64,000 bases of DNA from Nitrospiraceae bacterium. Its GTDB lineage: Bacteria; Nitrospirota; Nitrospiria; Nitrospirales; Nitrospiraceae. Location: assembly GCA_050246315.1 (NCBI GenBank), contig JBFWWG010000008.1:64001-128000 (forward strand), written 5' to 3'. Below are positions 20,856 through 31,314 of the stretch, piece by piece. The notes below the pieces were generated by a model that saw nothing but the letters and a program-made list of their open reading frames with translations, did no database searches and was not told the DNA's origin. Both the position numbers and the translations under genes were made by a program. The stretch's first letter is position 1, and each line of letters starts with the position of its first letter.

Positions 20856-21871
20856 TCACTTCGTCCCAGCCGAGGAAACCGCTGTCCAGGAGTTATACAC
20901 CTCAAGAGGCCAGGCCCTCCGATACCCTCTTCGACCAGGTGCGCGACGCCATCCGCGTCAAGCATTACAGTCTCCGGACCGAGCATTCCTATCTCCAATG
21001 GGTGCGCCAGTTCGTCGGTTACCACAAGCGCCACCCCGGCGCGTTGGGCGAAACAGAGGTGCGGGATTTTCTCACGCACCTGGCCCGAGACCGCCGCGTC
21101 AGCGCGTCCACGCAAAACCAGGCCTTCAGCGCGATTCTGTTTCTCTTTCGGGAGGTCTTGAAGAAAGACATCGGCGAGTTGCAAGGCGTCGAGCGGGCTC
21201 AGAACCGAGATCGCATCCCGCTCGTGCTGTCGCGGGAGGAAGTGCGTGCCGTGTTGTCCCATCTCCAAGGCACGCCGCGCGTGATGGCGGACCTGCTCTA
21301 CGGCTCGGGGCTGCGACTCATGGAATGTGTGCGATTGCGCGTGAAAGATATCGATATTCCACGACGGCAGCTCATCGTGCGAGAGGGGAAGGGCGGCGAT
21401 GATCGCGCGACCCTGTTGCCCCAGGCCGTGATCGCGCCGCTGCAACGCCAACTCGAGTATGCGAAGGCCCTCCACCAGCAGGACCTGCGCGACGGCTATG
21501 GCGAGGTGTACCTGCCCTTCGCGCTCGAGCGGAAATATCCCCATGCGGAGACGGAATGGGGGTGGCAGTATGTGTTCCCGTCGAAACAGCGGTCGGTCGA
21601 TCCGCGCTCGGGCAAGGTTCGCCGTCATCATCTCGACGAGAAGGTGCTGCAACGGGCGATGAAGGAGGCGGTGCGCGCCGCTGGGCTGACCAAGCCGGCC
21701 AGTTGCCACACGCTCCGACACAGTTTCGCGACCCATCTCCTGGAAGCGGGCTACGACATACGGACCGTGCAAGAGTTGCTCGGCCACAAAGACGTGCAGA
21801 CCACCATGATCTACACGCACGTGCTGGCCCACGGTCCTAAAGGGGTACGGAGCCCGTTGGACATGACGTGA
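20849..21871 (+). CDS. intI: Integron integrase
   Basis: Tyrosine recombinase R-K-H-R-H-Y residues ([21 protein letters not shown]) plus the IntI-specific insert [22 protein letters not shown]; divergent from the attC array. Confidence 0.97.
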   Translation: MSITSSQPRKPLSRSYTPQEARPSDTLFDQVRDAIRVKHYSLRTEHSYLQWVRQFVGYHKRHPGALGETEVRDFLTHLARDRRVSASTQNQAFSAILFLFREVLKKDIGELQGVERAQNRDRIPLVLSREEVRAVLSHLQGTPRVMADLLYGSGLRLMECVRLRVKDIDIPRRQLIVREGKGGDDRATLLPQAVIAPLQRQLEYAKALHQQDLRDGYGEVYLPFALERKYPHAETEWGWQYVFPSKQRSVDPRSGKVRRHHLDEKVLQRAMKEAVRAAGLTKPASCHTLRHSFATHLLEAGYDIRTVQELLGHKDVQTTMIYTHVLAHGPKGVRSPLDMT

Positions 21872-22009
21872 GTGTGGGCTTCTCTTTAGACTACCGTTTG
21901 CCGCCCTCCGCTGGCCCTCTCCCCTAGCCCGCGTCGGATGACTGCCATCCCACAGCCTCGTGCGCTAGCTTTCGCTCACGCGGTCCTGCTATCTTGACAA
22001 ATCAACCAG

Positions 22010-23980
22010 ATGGACCGCCCGTTTTTCATCACGACACCGATCTATTACGTCAACGACGTGCCGCACATCGGGCACGCCTACACCACTATTGCGGCCGACG
22101 TGCTGGCGCGGTATCACCGCTTGCGCGGCAGGCAGGTTTTTTTCCTCACCGGGGTCGATGAACACGGGCAGAAGGTCCAGCAGGCGGCCGCCAAGGCCGG
22201 CATCGACCCGCAGGCCTACTGCGACAAGCTCGCGCCGCAATTCGAACGACTCTGGCAGCCGGAGCGCCTCAACATCTCGAACGATGCGTTCATCCGCACG
22301 ACCCATAAGCAACACCAGGAGATCGTTCAGCGGTACCTCCGCGAATTGTTCGATCGACAATTGATTTATGGCGACGACTACACCGGGTGGTACTGCACCT
22401 TCGACGAGCGGTTCTGGACCGAAAAGGATGTGGTGGACGGACTTTGCCCGGACTGCAAACGGCCGGTCGAACGACTGAGCGAGCGAAATTATTTTTTCAA
22501 GATGGGACAGTATCAGGATCGGCTCATCGCGCACATCGACGCGCATCAGGACTTCATTCGCCCGGAGTCGCGACGAAACGAGGTCCTGGGCTTCCTCAAG
22601 ACTCAAACACTCGGCGACCTCTCGATCTCGCGTCCCAAGTCGCGGCTCTCGTGGGGCATCGAGCTGCCTTTCGATCCGGACTATGTCACCTATGTCTGGT
22701 TCGACGCCTTGGTGAATTACATCTCGGCGCTGGAGTACCTTCCGCGCGAGAACCCGGCCGGCCACCAATTCTGGCCGGCTGACCTGCATCTGGTCGGCAA
22801 GGACATCCTCACGACCCATGCGGTCTATTGGTCCACGATCCTGATGGCGCTCGGTCTTGAGCTACCGAAGACCATCTTTGCACACGGTTGGTGGACCGTG
22901 GACGGCGAGAAGATGTCGAAGAGCCGCGGGAACGTCGTGGATCCGAACGTGATGATCGACCGGTTTGGCACCGATGCCTTCCGCTACTTCCTGCTTCGCG
23001 AGGTGCCGTTCGGACACGACGGGGATTTCTCGGAACCCGGCATGGTCGGGCGCATCAACAGCGAATTGGCTGACGACCTCGGGAACCTGTTGAGCCGAAG
23101 CCTCACGATGATCGAGCGATTCGCCGACGGCGTCATCCCTCACGCCAAGCCCACGCCCGAACTTTCTCGACAAGCCGGCGAGGTTGTCTCGCGTGTCTTC
23201 GCGCATCTGGATCGTGTTGAATTCGGCAAGGCGCTCGAAGCCGCCTGGGAGCTCGTGCAATCGACGAATCAGTACATCGACAAGACTGCCCCATGGAAGT
23301 TGGCTAAACAACCCGATGCGAAAACCCATCTCGACGAAGTGCTCTTTCACCTTGCCGCCACATTGAAAACTCTGGGTCTGATTCTCGTCCCCTTCATGCC
23401 AACCAAAGGGAATGAAATCCTGAAACAGATCGGAGTTGCCCTGAAGCCTTCTGACTGTCTTCCTGACGCCGCACTCAATTGGGACGACCTCCCGGGTCAC
23501 AGGATTGCCAAGGGAAGCACGCTGTTTCCGAAAATCGACCAGCCTATACGAGGAGCCAAGCCCGTGACCGATTCATCGACACCAGCACCCGCACCGACCA
23601 CGCCGGCAGCTCAGCCGGCCGCCGCTGCGCCTTCAACCGCAATGTCCACGGCCCCGCCGCAGATCACCATCGACGAGTTCATGAAGATCCAGCTCAAGAC
23701 CGCCAAGGTCCTCACGGCCGAACGGGTGCCCCGTTCCGAAAAGCTCATCAAGCTCCAGGTGGATCTCGGGTCCGAGCAGCGTCAGATTGTCGCGGGGATC
23801 GGCAAGAAATATGAGCCGGAGCAACTGGTCGGCCGCACGATCGTGATCGTCGCCAACCTCAAGCCAGCCAAGCTCATGGGCATCGAGTCACAGGGGATGG
23901 TCTTGGCGGCGGGCGATGCGGAGGTGAAGGGACTCGTCGGGATCGTCGAAGACGTGGACCCCGGCACGAAGGTCAAATGA
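22010..23980 (+). CDS. metG: Methionine--tRNA ligase
   Basis: TTPIYYVNDVPHIGH, YVWFDAL, KMSKS, C-terminal tRNA-binding domain. Confidence 0.98.
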   Translation: MDRPFFITTPIYYVNDVPHIGHAYTTIAADVLARYHRLRGRQVFFLTGVDEHGQKVQQAAAKAGIDPQAYCDKLAPQFERLWQPERLNISNDAFIRTTHKQHQEIVQRYLRELFDRQLIYGDDYTGWYCTFDERFWTEKDVVDGLCPDCKRPVERLSERNYFFKMGQYQDRLIAHIDAHQDFIRPESRRNEVLGFLKTQTLGDLSISRPKSRLSWGIELPFDPDYVTYVWFDALVNYISALEYLPRENPAGHQFWPADLHLVGKDILTTHAVYWSTILMALGLELPKTIFAHGWWTVDGEKMSKSRGNVVDPNVMIDRFGTDAFRYFLLREVPFGHDGDFSEPGMVGRINSELADDLGNLLSRSLTMIERFADGVIPHAKPTPELSRQAGEVVSRVFAHLDRVEFGKALEAAWELVQSTNQYIDKTAPWKLAKQPDAKTHLDEVLFHLAATLKTLGLILVPFMPTKGNEILKQIGVALKPSDCLPDAALNWDDLPGHRIAKGSTLFPKIDQPIRGAKPVTDSSTPAPAPTTPAAQPAAAAPSTAMSTAPPQITIDEFMKIQLKTAKVLTAERVPRSEKLIKLQVDLGSEQRQIVAGIGKKYEPEQLVGRTIVIVANLKPAKLMGIESQGMVLAAGDAEVKGLVGIVEDVDPGTKVK

Positions 23981-24834
23981 GCGCCGGCCGACATTGGATC
24001 GTCTGTTTCTGGAGCGTCCTCGTTCTCTGGCTCGTTCATCCACCTCAGGCCTTTGCTCAAGGGACGCCTCCCAGCGACCAGCCTCTGAACGAAGCCCTCG
24101 CCACGAATGTGACCGTTCGGGTGGTCGGACACGGATCGCTCGTGCTCGGACGGGAGGTGGGAGGGGCTCGGGTCACCATCACCGACCTCGCCACGGGCCG
24201 AATCCTCGCGTCCGGATTGCAACAGGGCGAGGCCGGGGATCAAAACCAAATCATGCGCACGCCGCACTACATGCGGGAGCCGCTCTTTAGCACCAGCCCG
24301 TCCGCCTCCTACTCGACCACCCTGTACCTGACCCACCCTACCCAGGTCGAGATTACGGCAGAGGGTCCGCTCTCCTACCCGGCCGCTTTGCAACGGGTCT
24401 CAGAGACGGTCTGGCTGATTCCCGGTCAACACATGACGGGCGACGGGATCGTCTTGCAACTCTACGGCTACATCGTGCAGATCATGGAACCCAAAGCGGG
24501 AGACTCCTTGATCGCGAAGGAGGATCAACCGCTGCGCGTGTCGGTCCGAACGCTCGCCGGAACTCCGGTCCGGCCCCACGGAGACTGGGATTCGCGCCAG
24601 GTGCACATCTACGGGGAAGTGGTGGTCGGCAACCAGGTGACCGAACGGCTCCAGATGTTTTATTCCGGCGAGAAGGGACTCTTCGAGTCGTCCTTCTTCG
24701 TCCCTACTCCCAAGGACGCGCCGGATGGCCTGATGCTGCGGGTCGTGGCCGTCCATGCGACCGATGGGAACATGGCCGTGGGCGAAGCCAAGTTTCCGGT
24801 GCTGTCGGAACGGCTTCGCCCGCCACGCCGGTAG
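23977..24834 (+). CDS. Hypothetical exported protein
   Basis: Signal peptide ending AFA; ATGA overlap with metG. Confidence 0.75.
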   Translation: MSAGRHWIVCFWSVLVLWLVHPPQAFAQGTPPSDQPLNEALATNVTVRVVGHGSLVLGREVGGARVTITDLATGRILASGLQQGEAGDQNQIMRTPHYMREPLFSTSPSASYSTTLYLTHPTQVEITAEGPLSYPAALQRVSETVWLIPGQHMTGDGIVLQLYGYIVQIMEPKAGDSLIAKEDQPLRVSVRTLAGTPVRPHGDWDSRQVHIYGEVVVGNQVTERLQMFYSGEKGLFESSFFVPTPKDAPDGLMLRVVAVHATDGNMAVGEAKFPVLSERLRPPRR

Positions 24835-24871
24835 GCCGCTTCGCCCGCATTGAACAAGGAAGGGAATCCCG

Positions 24872-26698
24872 ATGGATCCCAAACAACGGCAATTCTCGAT
24901 CTGGTACGTCTTCATCGCCATCTGGTTGATGCTGCTAATTCAAACCTTCATCACGCCGCTCATCGGCCCCAAGGAGCTGGCCTATACCGAGTTCAAGAAA
25001 GCGGTGGCGGAGGACAAGATTCTTGAAGCGGCCATTTCCCAGGCGCTCATCCATGGCCGGGCCAAAGAGGGGGCGCTCGGCGACGGCAGCGATCTCTTCA
25101 AGACGATCAGGGTGGAGGACCCGCGTCTCCTGGAAGACCTCGAACAGCACCACGTGACCGTGACGGGCGTAATCGAGAGTACCTTCTGGCGAGACATCCT
25201 CTCCTGGGTCATCCCTGCGCTCGTGTTCGTTGGACTTTGGTGGCTGATTCTCCGCCGGATGGGTCAGGGCCAAGGGAGCTTCATGACCGTCGGCCAGAGC
25301 AAGGCCAAGATCTACATGGAACGGGAGGTCAAGGTCAGCTTCGCCGACGTGGCCGGCGTAGACGAAGCCAAACAGGAATTGCAGGAAGTCATCGAGTTTC
25401 TGAAAACGCCGGAAAAGTTTCAGCGCCTCGGCGGCAAGATCCCTAAAGGCATTCTGCTCGTCGGCCCGCCGGGCACCGGCAAGACCTTGCTCGCCAAGGC
25501 CGTGGCCGGCGAGGCGGCGGTACCGTTCTTCTCCATCAGCGGCTCGGAGTTCGTCGAAATGTTCGTCGGCGTGGGGGCCGCCCGCGTCCGGGATCTGTTC
25601 GAGCAGGCCAAGAAGCGGGCTCCCTGCATTATTTTCATCGACGAGCTGGACGCCCTCGGCAAGGCGCGCGGGATCGGCCCGATGGCGCACGAAGAGCGCG
25701 AACAGACCCTGAATCAGCTCTTGGTCGAGATGGACGGATTCGATTCACGGGTCGGCGTCATCCTTATGGCCGCGACCAACCGGCCGGAAATCCTGGACCC
25801 GGCCCTGCTTCGAGCCGGCCGCTTCGACCGGCAAGTGTTGGTGGACCGTCCGGATAAGATCGGGCGGCTCGCGATCTTGAAGGTGCACGCACGCCAGATC
25901 CGTCTCAAGTCCGAGCAGGACCTCGACGTGATCGCCGCCATGACGCCCGGATTCGTCGGCGCAGATCTGGCCAATATCCTCAACGAGGCGGCTCTGCTGG
26001 CTGTGCGACGCAACAAGGATGTCGTCGAACTGGCCGAACTGCAGGAGGCCGTCGAACGCGTCATCGCCGGTCTCGAAAAAAAGAACCGCGTGTTGAACAA
26101 GATGGAAAAGGAGCGGGTGGCGCACCACGAGGTCGGCCATGCGCTCGTGGCGCTTTCGATTCCAGGCGCCGATAGCGTTCACAAGATCTCGATCATCCCG
26201 CGCGGCATCGCCGCCCTCGGCTACACGATGCAATTGCCGACCGAAGACCGTTTTCTCATGACCAAGAGCGAGCTCAAGGACAAGATCGCCGTGCTGCTGG
26301 GAGGCCGCGCCGCAGAAGAGCTCGTCTATCAGGAAGTCTCCACCGGCGCCCAGGACGATCTCCTCAAGGCTACGGACATCGCCAAGAGCATGGTGAAGTC
26401 CTACGGGATGAGCGACAAGTTGGGCCAGGTCAGCTTTGAAACAGCGAGACAACCCCTGTTCCTCCAGACCGGCCGGACACCCCAGGGCGATTACAGCGAG
26501 GAAACCTCCCGTGAGATCGATTGCGAAGTGCGGGAGATCATCGACGCCGAATTCGAGCGGGCCCGCGCCGTGCTCCACCGGGACGAGCCGACGTTGCGGA
26601 AGGCCGCGCAGGTCCTCCTCTCCAAGGAAGTCATTTCCGGCGACGAATTGAAGGCTATTCTGGCCGACTCGCGCTCCGTCCAGGGCATGCCCGCATGA
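24872..26698 (+). CDS. ftsH: ATP-dependent zinc metalloprotease FtsH
   Basis: Two TM helices, [22 protein letters not shown]. Confidence 0.96.
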   Translation: MDPKQRQFSIWYVFIAIWLMLLIQTFITPLIGPKELAYTEFKKAVAEDKILEAAISQALIHGRAKEGALGDGSDLFKTIRVEDPRLLEDLEQHHVTVTGVIESTFWRDILSWVIPALVFVGLWWLILRRMGQGQGSFMTVGQSKAKIYMEREVKVSFADVAGVDEAKQELQEVIEFLKTPEKFQRLGGKIPKGILLVGPPGTGKTLLAKAVAGEAAVPFFSISGSEFVEMFVGVGAARVRDLFEQAKKRAPCIIFIDELDALGKARGIGPMAHEEREQTLNQLLVEMDGFDSRVGVILMAATNRPEILDPALLRAGRFDRQVLVDRPDKIGRLAILKVHARQIRLKSEQDLDVIAAMTPGFVGADLANILNEAALLAVRRNKDVVELAELQEAVERVIAGLEKKNRVLNKMEKERVAHHEVGHALVALSIPGADSVHKISIIPRGIAALGYTMQLPTEDRFLMTKSELKDKIAVLLGGRAAEELVYQEVSTGAQDDLLKATDIAKSMVKSYGMSDKLGQVSFETARQPLFLQTGRTPQGDYSEETSREIDCEVREIIDAEFERARAVLHRDEPTLRKAAQVLLSKEVISGDELKAILADSRSVQGMPA

Positions 26699-27387
26699 TC
26701 ACCTGCGTGCTCTTCGATCTCGACGGCACGCTGATCGACTCGTGGCGGCTCTACATGGAGGCCTATACACAGACCTTCGAGGAATGCTACGGCCGCCCCT
26801 TTGACCGGTCGGAAACGCTGGAATTGCTCGGCCGCCGGCCCCGGTCGGAAACCTGGCTCCTCCACAATCTCCTCGGTCCGGCCGCCCGTCTCAATGCGTT
26901 CGAGTTATTTCTCGCGCGCTACCGGTCGCTGCACGGCTCGCATTTCAACGGCCCCTACGACGGTGTCGTGGACATGCTGCGGGAATTGCGCGCGCATCGC
27001 TATGCCTTGGGGATCGTCACCGGCAAAAGCCGCGAGGCCTGGACGATCACCGGGCCCCGAGCAGGGCTTCCCCCGTTCGACGTGGTCGTCACCGAAAGCG
27101 ACATTGCCACCCCCAAGCCGGACCCGGAAGGTTTATTGAGAGCGCTGAATCTGCTCGGACGAGACATCGCCGAGACCCTCTATATCGGAGATTCCCTCGT
27201 CGACGCCGAGGCCGCGCGGGCGATCGGCATGACCTTTTGGGCGGCAGCCTGGCCGAAAGCCCCGGATGAAAAACCGTCGTTTGCGGCATCGGTGCTGGCA
27301 ATGGGCGCGGCTCGCCTGCTGGAATCTCCCGGAGAGATCGTTCAGGCCTTGTGCCTGGATTCCACCGACGCTGTGACCAACCGATGA
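26695..27387 (+). CDS. HAD-family phosphatase
   Basis: FDLDGTLIDS, VTGK, KPDP, IGDS; ATG overlaps the ftsH stop. Confidence 0.88.
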   Translation: MITCVLFDLDGTLIDSWRLYMEAYTQTFEECYGRPFDRSETLELLGRRPRSETWLLHNLLGPAARLNAFELFLARYRSLHGSHFNGPYDGVVDMLRELRAHRYALGIVTGKSREAWTITGPRAGLPPFDVVVTESDIATPKPDPEGLLRALNLLGRDIAETLYIGDSLVDAEAARAIGMTFWAAAWPKAPDEKPSFAASVLAMGAARLLESPGEIVQALCLDSTDAVTNR

Positions 27388-27408
27388 ATCCGCACCCGAT
27401 GACCTCGC

Positions 27409-27601
27409 TTTACCCGGATGTATCATGATCGCTTTTCCTGTAACCGATCGCTTCTCCTGTAACCGCCTGTCTGCCGACAGGCAGGCCGATACGCCGTTGC
27501 GACGAGCTTGGATGCCGGTGTCTCGCATCCAAGCGGGCAGGCTTGCCTCATGTGGCGTCTGGGCGGTTTCGTCACGAACCGTCACGAATAATGCGGCTTA
27601 A
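27409..27601 (+). mobile_element. Degenerate MITE (family of 44232-44479)
   Basis: Shares CCGATACGCCG.TGCGACGAGC and GGTTTCGTCACGAACCGTCA.GAA.AATG with the 44.2-kb element; carries a 19-bp tandem duplication and CCTGTCTGCCGACAGGCAGG. Confidence 0.7.
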
Positions 27602-27652
27602 CCGTCGGCAGGACGTTGGGCACAATCGCAGAGGAGAGAGAGGAGGGACCCT

Positions 27653-28351
27653 ATGCGCGCACGCCGCACAACCGACTCAGTGGTTCTGATCGGCCTACTC
27701 GCCGTTGCCGTCGGCTTCCTGTCAACCGGCGCGTTGGCCCAGCATGGGCATCAACGGGATCAACCGCGCGACATCAAGGAGTACCTCGAAAACCTGGAGC
27801 GACCCGAACGCGATGCCTATCAAAAGCCAGCTCAGGTGATCGAGGCGCTGAGACTCAAGCCCGGCATGGCCGTCGCGGATATCGGTTCCGGCTCCGGCTA
27901 CTTCACGAGACGGTTCGCGGAGGCCGTCGCCCAAACCGGGAAGATCTACGCCGTGGATGTCGAGCCGGAGATGCTGGAGTCTGCGAAACAGAGCGTCGAG
28001 CGCATGCGCGCGGCATTCAATGCCGAGTTCATTCTGGCGGAACCGGACAATCCCAAATTGCCGGTCGAGTCCGTCGATTTGATCTTCGTCTGCAACACCG
28101 TTCATCACCTGGAACATCGCGGCAACTATTTTGCCGGATTGCGATCGGCGCTGAAGCCGGGCGGCCGGATCGCGATTGTGGACTTCTATCCTGATGAACG
28201 TTCCGGCGATCTTGGCTTTTCCAAACGCCATCTGGTCCCGCGCGAGACGGTCCTCGACGACATGGCGAAGGCCGGCTACCGGCTGATCAAGGAACACGAT
28301 TTTCTGCCGAAACAGTACTTCTTGGAGTTCGCGCCGACCGCGGCACCATGA
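27653..28351 (+). CDS. Class I SAM-dependent methyltransferase with signal peptide
   Basis: VADIGSGSGYF, YAVDV, LKPGGRIAIVDF; hydrophobic N-terminus ending ALA-QHGH. Confidence 0.85.
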   Translation: MRARRTTDSVVLIGLLAVAVGFLSTGALAQHGHQRDQPRDIKEYLENLERPERDAYQKPAQVIEALRLKPGMAVADIGSGSGYFTRRFAEAVAQTGKIYAVDVEPEMLESAKQSVERMRAAFNAEFILAEPDNPKLPVESVDLIFVCNTVHHLEHRGNYFAGLRSALKPGGRIAIVDFYPDERSGDLGFSKRHLVPRETVLDDMAKAGYRLIKEHDFLPKQYFLEFAPTAAP

Positions 28352-28433
28352 GCGAAGATCCGAGCGTCCAAACCAGAGACGGGCCGGAGGCGTCCGTTTC
28401 TTGCTCCGAAAGGCCGCTCATGCGACACTACGT

Positions 28434-29381
28434 ATGATGACGACGTCGCACCCGCCCTATTCGGAACTCAGGCAACGCCTGTATCTCGCGCTCGGTCTCA
28501 ACGCCGTCGTCATTTTGGCCGAGTTTGCCGCCGGCTGGTGGCTCGACAGCATGGGCTTGATGAGCGATGCGAGCCACAACCTCATCGACCAGGGCTCGCT
28601 CTTTCTCGCGCTCTATGCCCACCTCCTGGCCGCGCGACCCGCGACGGAGTCTCGCACGTTCGGCTATCACCGGGCCGGCATTATCTCCGCCTTCGTCAGC
28701 TCGTCCGTGTTGCTGCTGACCGCGCTGGCGATCGCGGCCTTGGCCGCCAACCGCATCCTCACACCCGTGCCGGTCCAGGGCGGTTGGGTCATGGGGGTCG
28801 CCTTCCTGTCGTTCGTCGCCAATTTGAGCATCGCCTTGCTGCTGCGGCGCGGAGCGGAGGAGGACCTGAACATTCGGGGCGCCTTCTGGCACATGTTGGG
28901 AGACGCGTGGATCTCGCTCGGCGTGGTGGCCAGCGGTGCGGCCATCCTCGTGACGGGCTGGACCGTGCTCGACCCGATCGTCAGCCTGCTGGTGGTCGTG
29001 GTGATCGTGCGGGGAGCCTGGCCGATTCTTCGCGAATCGATGGAGGTGCTGCTGGAGTCAACGCCGCCCGGCATCAAAACGGCGCACGTAGTCGAGGCGA
29101 TCGAACATGTCCCGGGCGTGAAGAACGTGCACGATCTGCATATCTGGGCCGTCGAGCCACGCCTTGTGATGCTGACCTGTCACGTCATGGTGGAAGGCGA
29201 CGATTCCACCCTCACCAACGAGCTGCTCCACACCATCCGCCGTAAGGTGGCTGCCGAGTTCGGCATCCAACACCTCACGATCCAAATGGAAACGCAGTGC
29301 GGCCACGGGACGGACAGACACTGCAACCTCCGCCACCTCACCACCGACCACGCCACCGAACCCCTGCACGTGCATCAGTGA
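28434..29381 (+). CDS. Cation diffusion facilitator (CzcD/ZitB-like)
   Basis: SDASHNLID, TFGYHR, NIRGAFWHMLGD, VHDLHIW, HLTIQ. Confidence 0.92.
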   Translation: MMTTSHPPYSELRQRLYLALGLNAVVILAEFAAGWWLDSMGLMSDASHNLIDQGSLFLALYAHLLAARPATESRTFGYHRAGIISAFVSSSVLLLTALAIAALAANRILTPVPVQGGWVMGVAFLSFVANLSIALLLRRGAEEDLNIRGAFWHMLGDAWISLGVVASGAAILVTGWTVLDPIVSLLVVVVIVRGAWPILRESMEVLLESTPPGIKTAHVVEAIEHVPGVKNVHDLHIWAVEPRLVMLTCHVMVEGDDSTLTNELLHTIRRKVAAEFGIQHLTIQMETQCGHGTDRHCNLRHLTTDHATEPLHVHQ

Positions 29382-29470
29382 GGGAACATTCTGCCGACTG
29401 CACGAGGGAATCGGCTCGGAAGAGCTGGCTCGGATGATCTCAAGGCGACCGGGGACGGAGAAGCCCCCTA

Positions 29471-29836
29471 TCATTCGCCCGCAGCAACGGCAACCGAACG
29501 ACGAGGTTCATCACTATTGATATCCGCAGCGATCGCCCCGCCGACTCCATCCGGATTCATCCAACGCGAACTGCCGGCCAGTGACGGTCCACGATCCGAC
29601 TCGTCCGCTGTTCCACGAGAACCGTCCGGATTGACCCAATCGCGATCGTTCCTTCCACGGACCTGGCTGTTGGCATCCTGCATTCCAACGCCAATGCCAA
29701 ACGACCCATCGGGATTCACCCACGTAACCTGTCCCACAATCATCGATCCTGGAGCCTCATCCCCTGCGTCAGACAATCCGCTGATGCCGAGTCCCAGCAC
29801 ACACATTCCCACGGCGACAACCACAGAACGTTTCAT
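29471..29836 (-). CDS. Small exported protein with three W-x-NPDG repeats
   Basis: GGAGGAGG SD, signal peptide, then WVNPDGSFG, WVNPDGSRG, WMNPDGVGG. Confidence 0.65.
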   Translation of the reverse strand: MKRSVVVAVGMCVLGLGISGLSDAGDEAPGSMIVGQVTWVNPDGSFGIGVGMQDANSQVRGRNDRDWVNPDGSRGTADESDRGPSLAGSSRWMNPDGVGGAIAADINSDEPRRSVAVAAGE

Positions 29837-29927
29837 GGTCGCACCTCCTCCCTGTTGATGACCATCTCCATCATGGGTACAGGACCTCTTCTCACCGGCG
29901 TCCACAATTCACGCCGCTCGGTCATGG

Positions 29928-30767
29928 TCAATCTCCTCCATCCGTCTTGTCTGCATGCGGCGGCGAGATCATGGCTGATTTCACGCTCAACGGCTGCCCG
30001 GCCCAACCTGTTTTCGAAGCGAACCCCGGCCCATACAGGTCATAGAGTTCAAAAAACTGATAGCTCTTGCAGTCGGTCAACACTTCCTTGACCTCATTCA
30101 GATAGCGCTCAAATGAATACTCGAAGAGCACGCCTTGGCCTCCGACCATCGTCACGGTTCGACGCTCAGGATCGATCACACTTTCCTGATGAAACACGTA
30201 TCGGTAGTAGGGACTTTCAGGGCCGCCCACATGGCGAAGAAACTGTTCCCAGGTGGGCGGCGAGGTCAAAGAAAGCCGTTCGGCAATGTTGACACTCTGC
30301 ACGGGTCCGAACCTTCCGAAGAAATCCTGAAACATGTTGTCCATCCAGCGATGCTCTTCAGCCACATGGTGGATCGCATGCTCAAACGAAAGGATGGTGT
30401 GCGTTTCCCATCGAGATCCGGGCGCCCAGTGAAAGATGACGCCGTCCGTCGGCCCCGGCCATCCCGTCCCTCCCACCTGTTCAACTTGATGTTCGGTAAT
30501 CTTGTTGGCCCACACCCAATACAGAAAGTCGAGAAACCGCCGGTCATCGACCCTCAGAGTGAGCGTCTCGTTCGTCAACGCAGCCTTGGGGTTATAGCTC
30601 GTTCGGGCCGATTCACAATGGGCCTCCCACTCTGTGTTGGACCAGGCGGCATCGCTCACGGGGAAGGCCGGCGCCCCCTGAGGAAGCCACAGACACGATG
30701 TCACGAAGAGACACAAGACAGTCTGTAGAGAGGCCATTCGTGTAGATGTGGTTGTTACGGTCGCCAT
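29928..30767 (-). CDS. Hypothetical exported protein
   Basis: Long ORF with a signal-like N-terminus and a GAAGGA SD before ATG 30767; family not recognised. Confidence 0.7.
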   Translation of the reverse strand: MATVTTTSTRMASLQTVLCLFVTSCLWLPQGAPAFPVSDAAWSNTEWEAHCESARTSYNPKAALTNETLTLRVDDRRFLDFLYWVWANKITEHQVEQVGGTGWPGPTDGVIFHWAPGSRWETHTILSFEHAIHHVAEEHRWMDNMFQDFFGRFGPVQSVNIAERLSLTSPPTWEQFLRHVGGPESPYYRYVFHQESVIDPERRTVTMVGGQGVLFEYSFERYLNEVKEVLTDCKSYQFFELYDLYGPGFASKTGWAGQPLSVKSAMISPPHADKTDGGD

Positions 30768-31314
30768 TGGACGTTCCTTCCGATCGCTCTGTGGCATGGA
30801 TGACATTCGCGAATCACGTCCTTCGCAGGAGACACGATCGCATCCTTTCCGTTCGATGCCTGCATAGAAAGTGCCGAACAGACCTGTATGCCCTCACTGG
30901 AAATGGCATCATTTCTTTTCCCGTATCGATGTTGAACTTAGATATTGAGACACCTCTGCGGTGATCGCTTCCATGAAAAGCTCTGGAGCAACATTTTCTG
31001 TATCGGTTCAGATACGGCGAGTATCCATCTCGATACACATGTAAAATGATCGGAAGAGATGCCGCAATGCGATGAGGAACGAGCAGGACTCGACGCCTTG
31101 ACTATCCGCCAAAGGCGCTCAGTCAAAGCACCGATGAGTAGAATGGGCTATCGATGGTTTGGGACGGAAGGAACCTGGATTGGACTCCCGATTCGGCTCT
31201 GACGCGATGGCGCGAGCCTGCGTCACAGGAACCGAATCCAGGTGGATCAGGATGTGCTATCGCTCTCGACACCACAGAATGGGATAACGATCGGTACTCT
31301 CTCGTCGATGACGG

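Noticed and set aside
30900..30915. GAAATG-GCAT-CATTTC palindrome as a Zur box
   Set aside because: The half-sites resemble proteobacterial Zur boxes but the spacing is far too short; a single occurrence is not enough to assign a regulator.
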